The notes below the pieces were generated by a model. It worked only from the letters and a program-made list of their open reading frames with translations, did not search any database and was not told where the DNA came from. A program made the position numbers and the translations under genes. This document shows, in pieces, positions 63,673 to 64,000 of a stretch of 64,000 bases of DNA. The DNA lies in assembly GCA_963829525.1 (NCBI GenBank), contig CAWHIJ010000003.1, positions 1,056,001 to 1,120,000 on the forward strand, in the 5' to 3' direction. This DNA is from an uncultured Actinomycetota bacterium (GTDB lineage Bacteria > Actinomycetota > Actinomycetes > JAHEKZ01). Positions within the stretch are counted from its first letter, which is position 1. Each line of letters begins with the position of its first letter.

Positions 63673-63689
63673 TCACCCGTCGAGGGTGA
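63673..63689. promoter_or_regulatory. TCACCC-N5-GGGTGA operator between the divergent LuxR and AI-2E genes
   Basis: TCACCC-GTCGA-GGGTGA, perfect. Confidence 0.6.
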
Positions 63690-63741
63690 AGAGCCGGATG
63701 ACGACCCCTGGGCCCTACGCCAGCCTGGCACCGTCGTCTCC

Positions 63742-64000
63742 GTGAGTGATGTGGACTCTTTTCAGACGAGGGACGTCGAGCAGGCCCCGCCGTGGGTCAT
63801 GCCGGTCATCAGAGCCACCATCTGGCGAGTGATCTGGGTCGGCCTGGGGATGGCCGTATTGGTGCTGTCGTTGCTAAAGGCGCGCGGGCTGGTCGGCGCG
63901 ATCATTATCGCGATCTTCTTCAGCGTCGCGATGGACCCGGCCGTGACACACCTCAACGTCAGGCGTGGATGGCGCCGCGGTGTCGCGACCACGGTGATCG
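63742..64000 (+). CDS. AI-2E family transporter, 3'-partial
   Basis: Hand translation: ...IIIAIFFSVAMDPAVTHL.VRRGWRRGVAT. Confidence 0.7.
   Translation, partial: MSDVDSFQTRDVEQAPPWVMPVIRATIWRVIWVGLGMAVLVLSLLKARGLVGAIIIAIFFSVAMDPAVTHLNVRRGWRRGVATTVI

Larger units (their letters stand above)
51800..64000. mobile_element. Element 4 of the tandem array (right boundary not seen in the window)
   Basis: Starts with the conserved end; no closing CGCACGTCC plus core found. Confidence 0.45.

Overview
High-GC actinobacterial DNA, probably a long-read or metagenomic assembly because frameshifts are frequent after about 18 kb. Bases 1-17.3 kb are largely intact core genes: ptrB, phhA, deaD, an aldehyde dehydrogenase, an ApbE/ferric-reductase-like/NuoF-like/ferredoxin cluster, tRNA-His, orn and an Acg/USP pair with a DosR-like box. 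From tRNA-Arg(TCT) (17309-17381, minus strand) to the window end is an accessory region of more than 46 kb. It reads as a tandem stack of at least four cargo-carrying elements inserted at the 5' end of the tRNA. Junctions at about 22.5, 24.7 and 51.8 kb all read CGCACGTCC-[core ACGGGGGC, the reverse complement of tRNA nt 1-8, doubled at two junctions]-GGACGTGCG, and most are flanked by 100-180 bp of homologous end sequence. The tRNA-facing end carries a conserved TANNNT -10 hexamer, and the first element holds a DDE-transposase C-terminal remnant. Cargo includes an ECF sigma module, a MalT/LuxR-associated envelope gene set with a repeated TCACCC-N5-GGGTGA palindrome, an arylsulfatase, a Tat amidohydrolase, an Ehr (NiFe-less hydrogenase-4-like) operon and a DddP-like M24 protein with altered metal ligands. 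All family calls come from motif recognition by eye; no database search was run.
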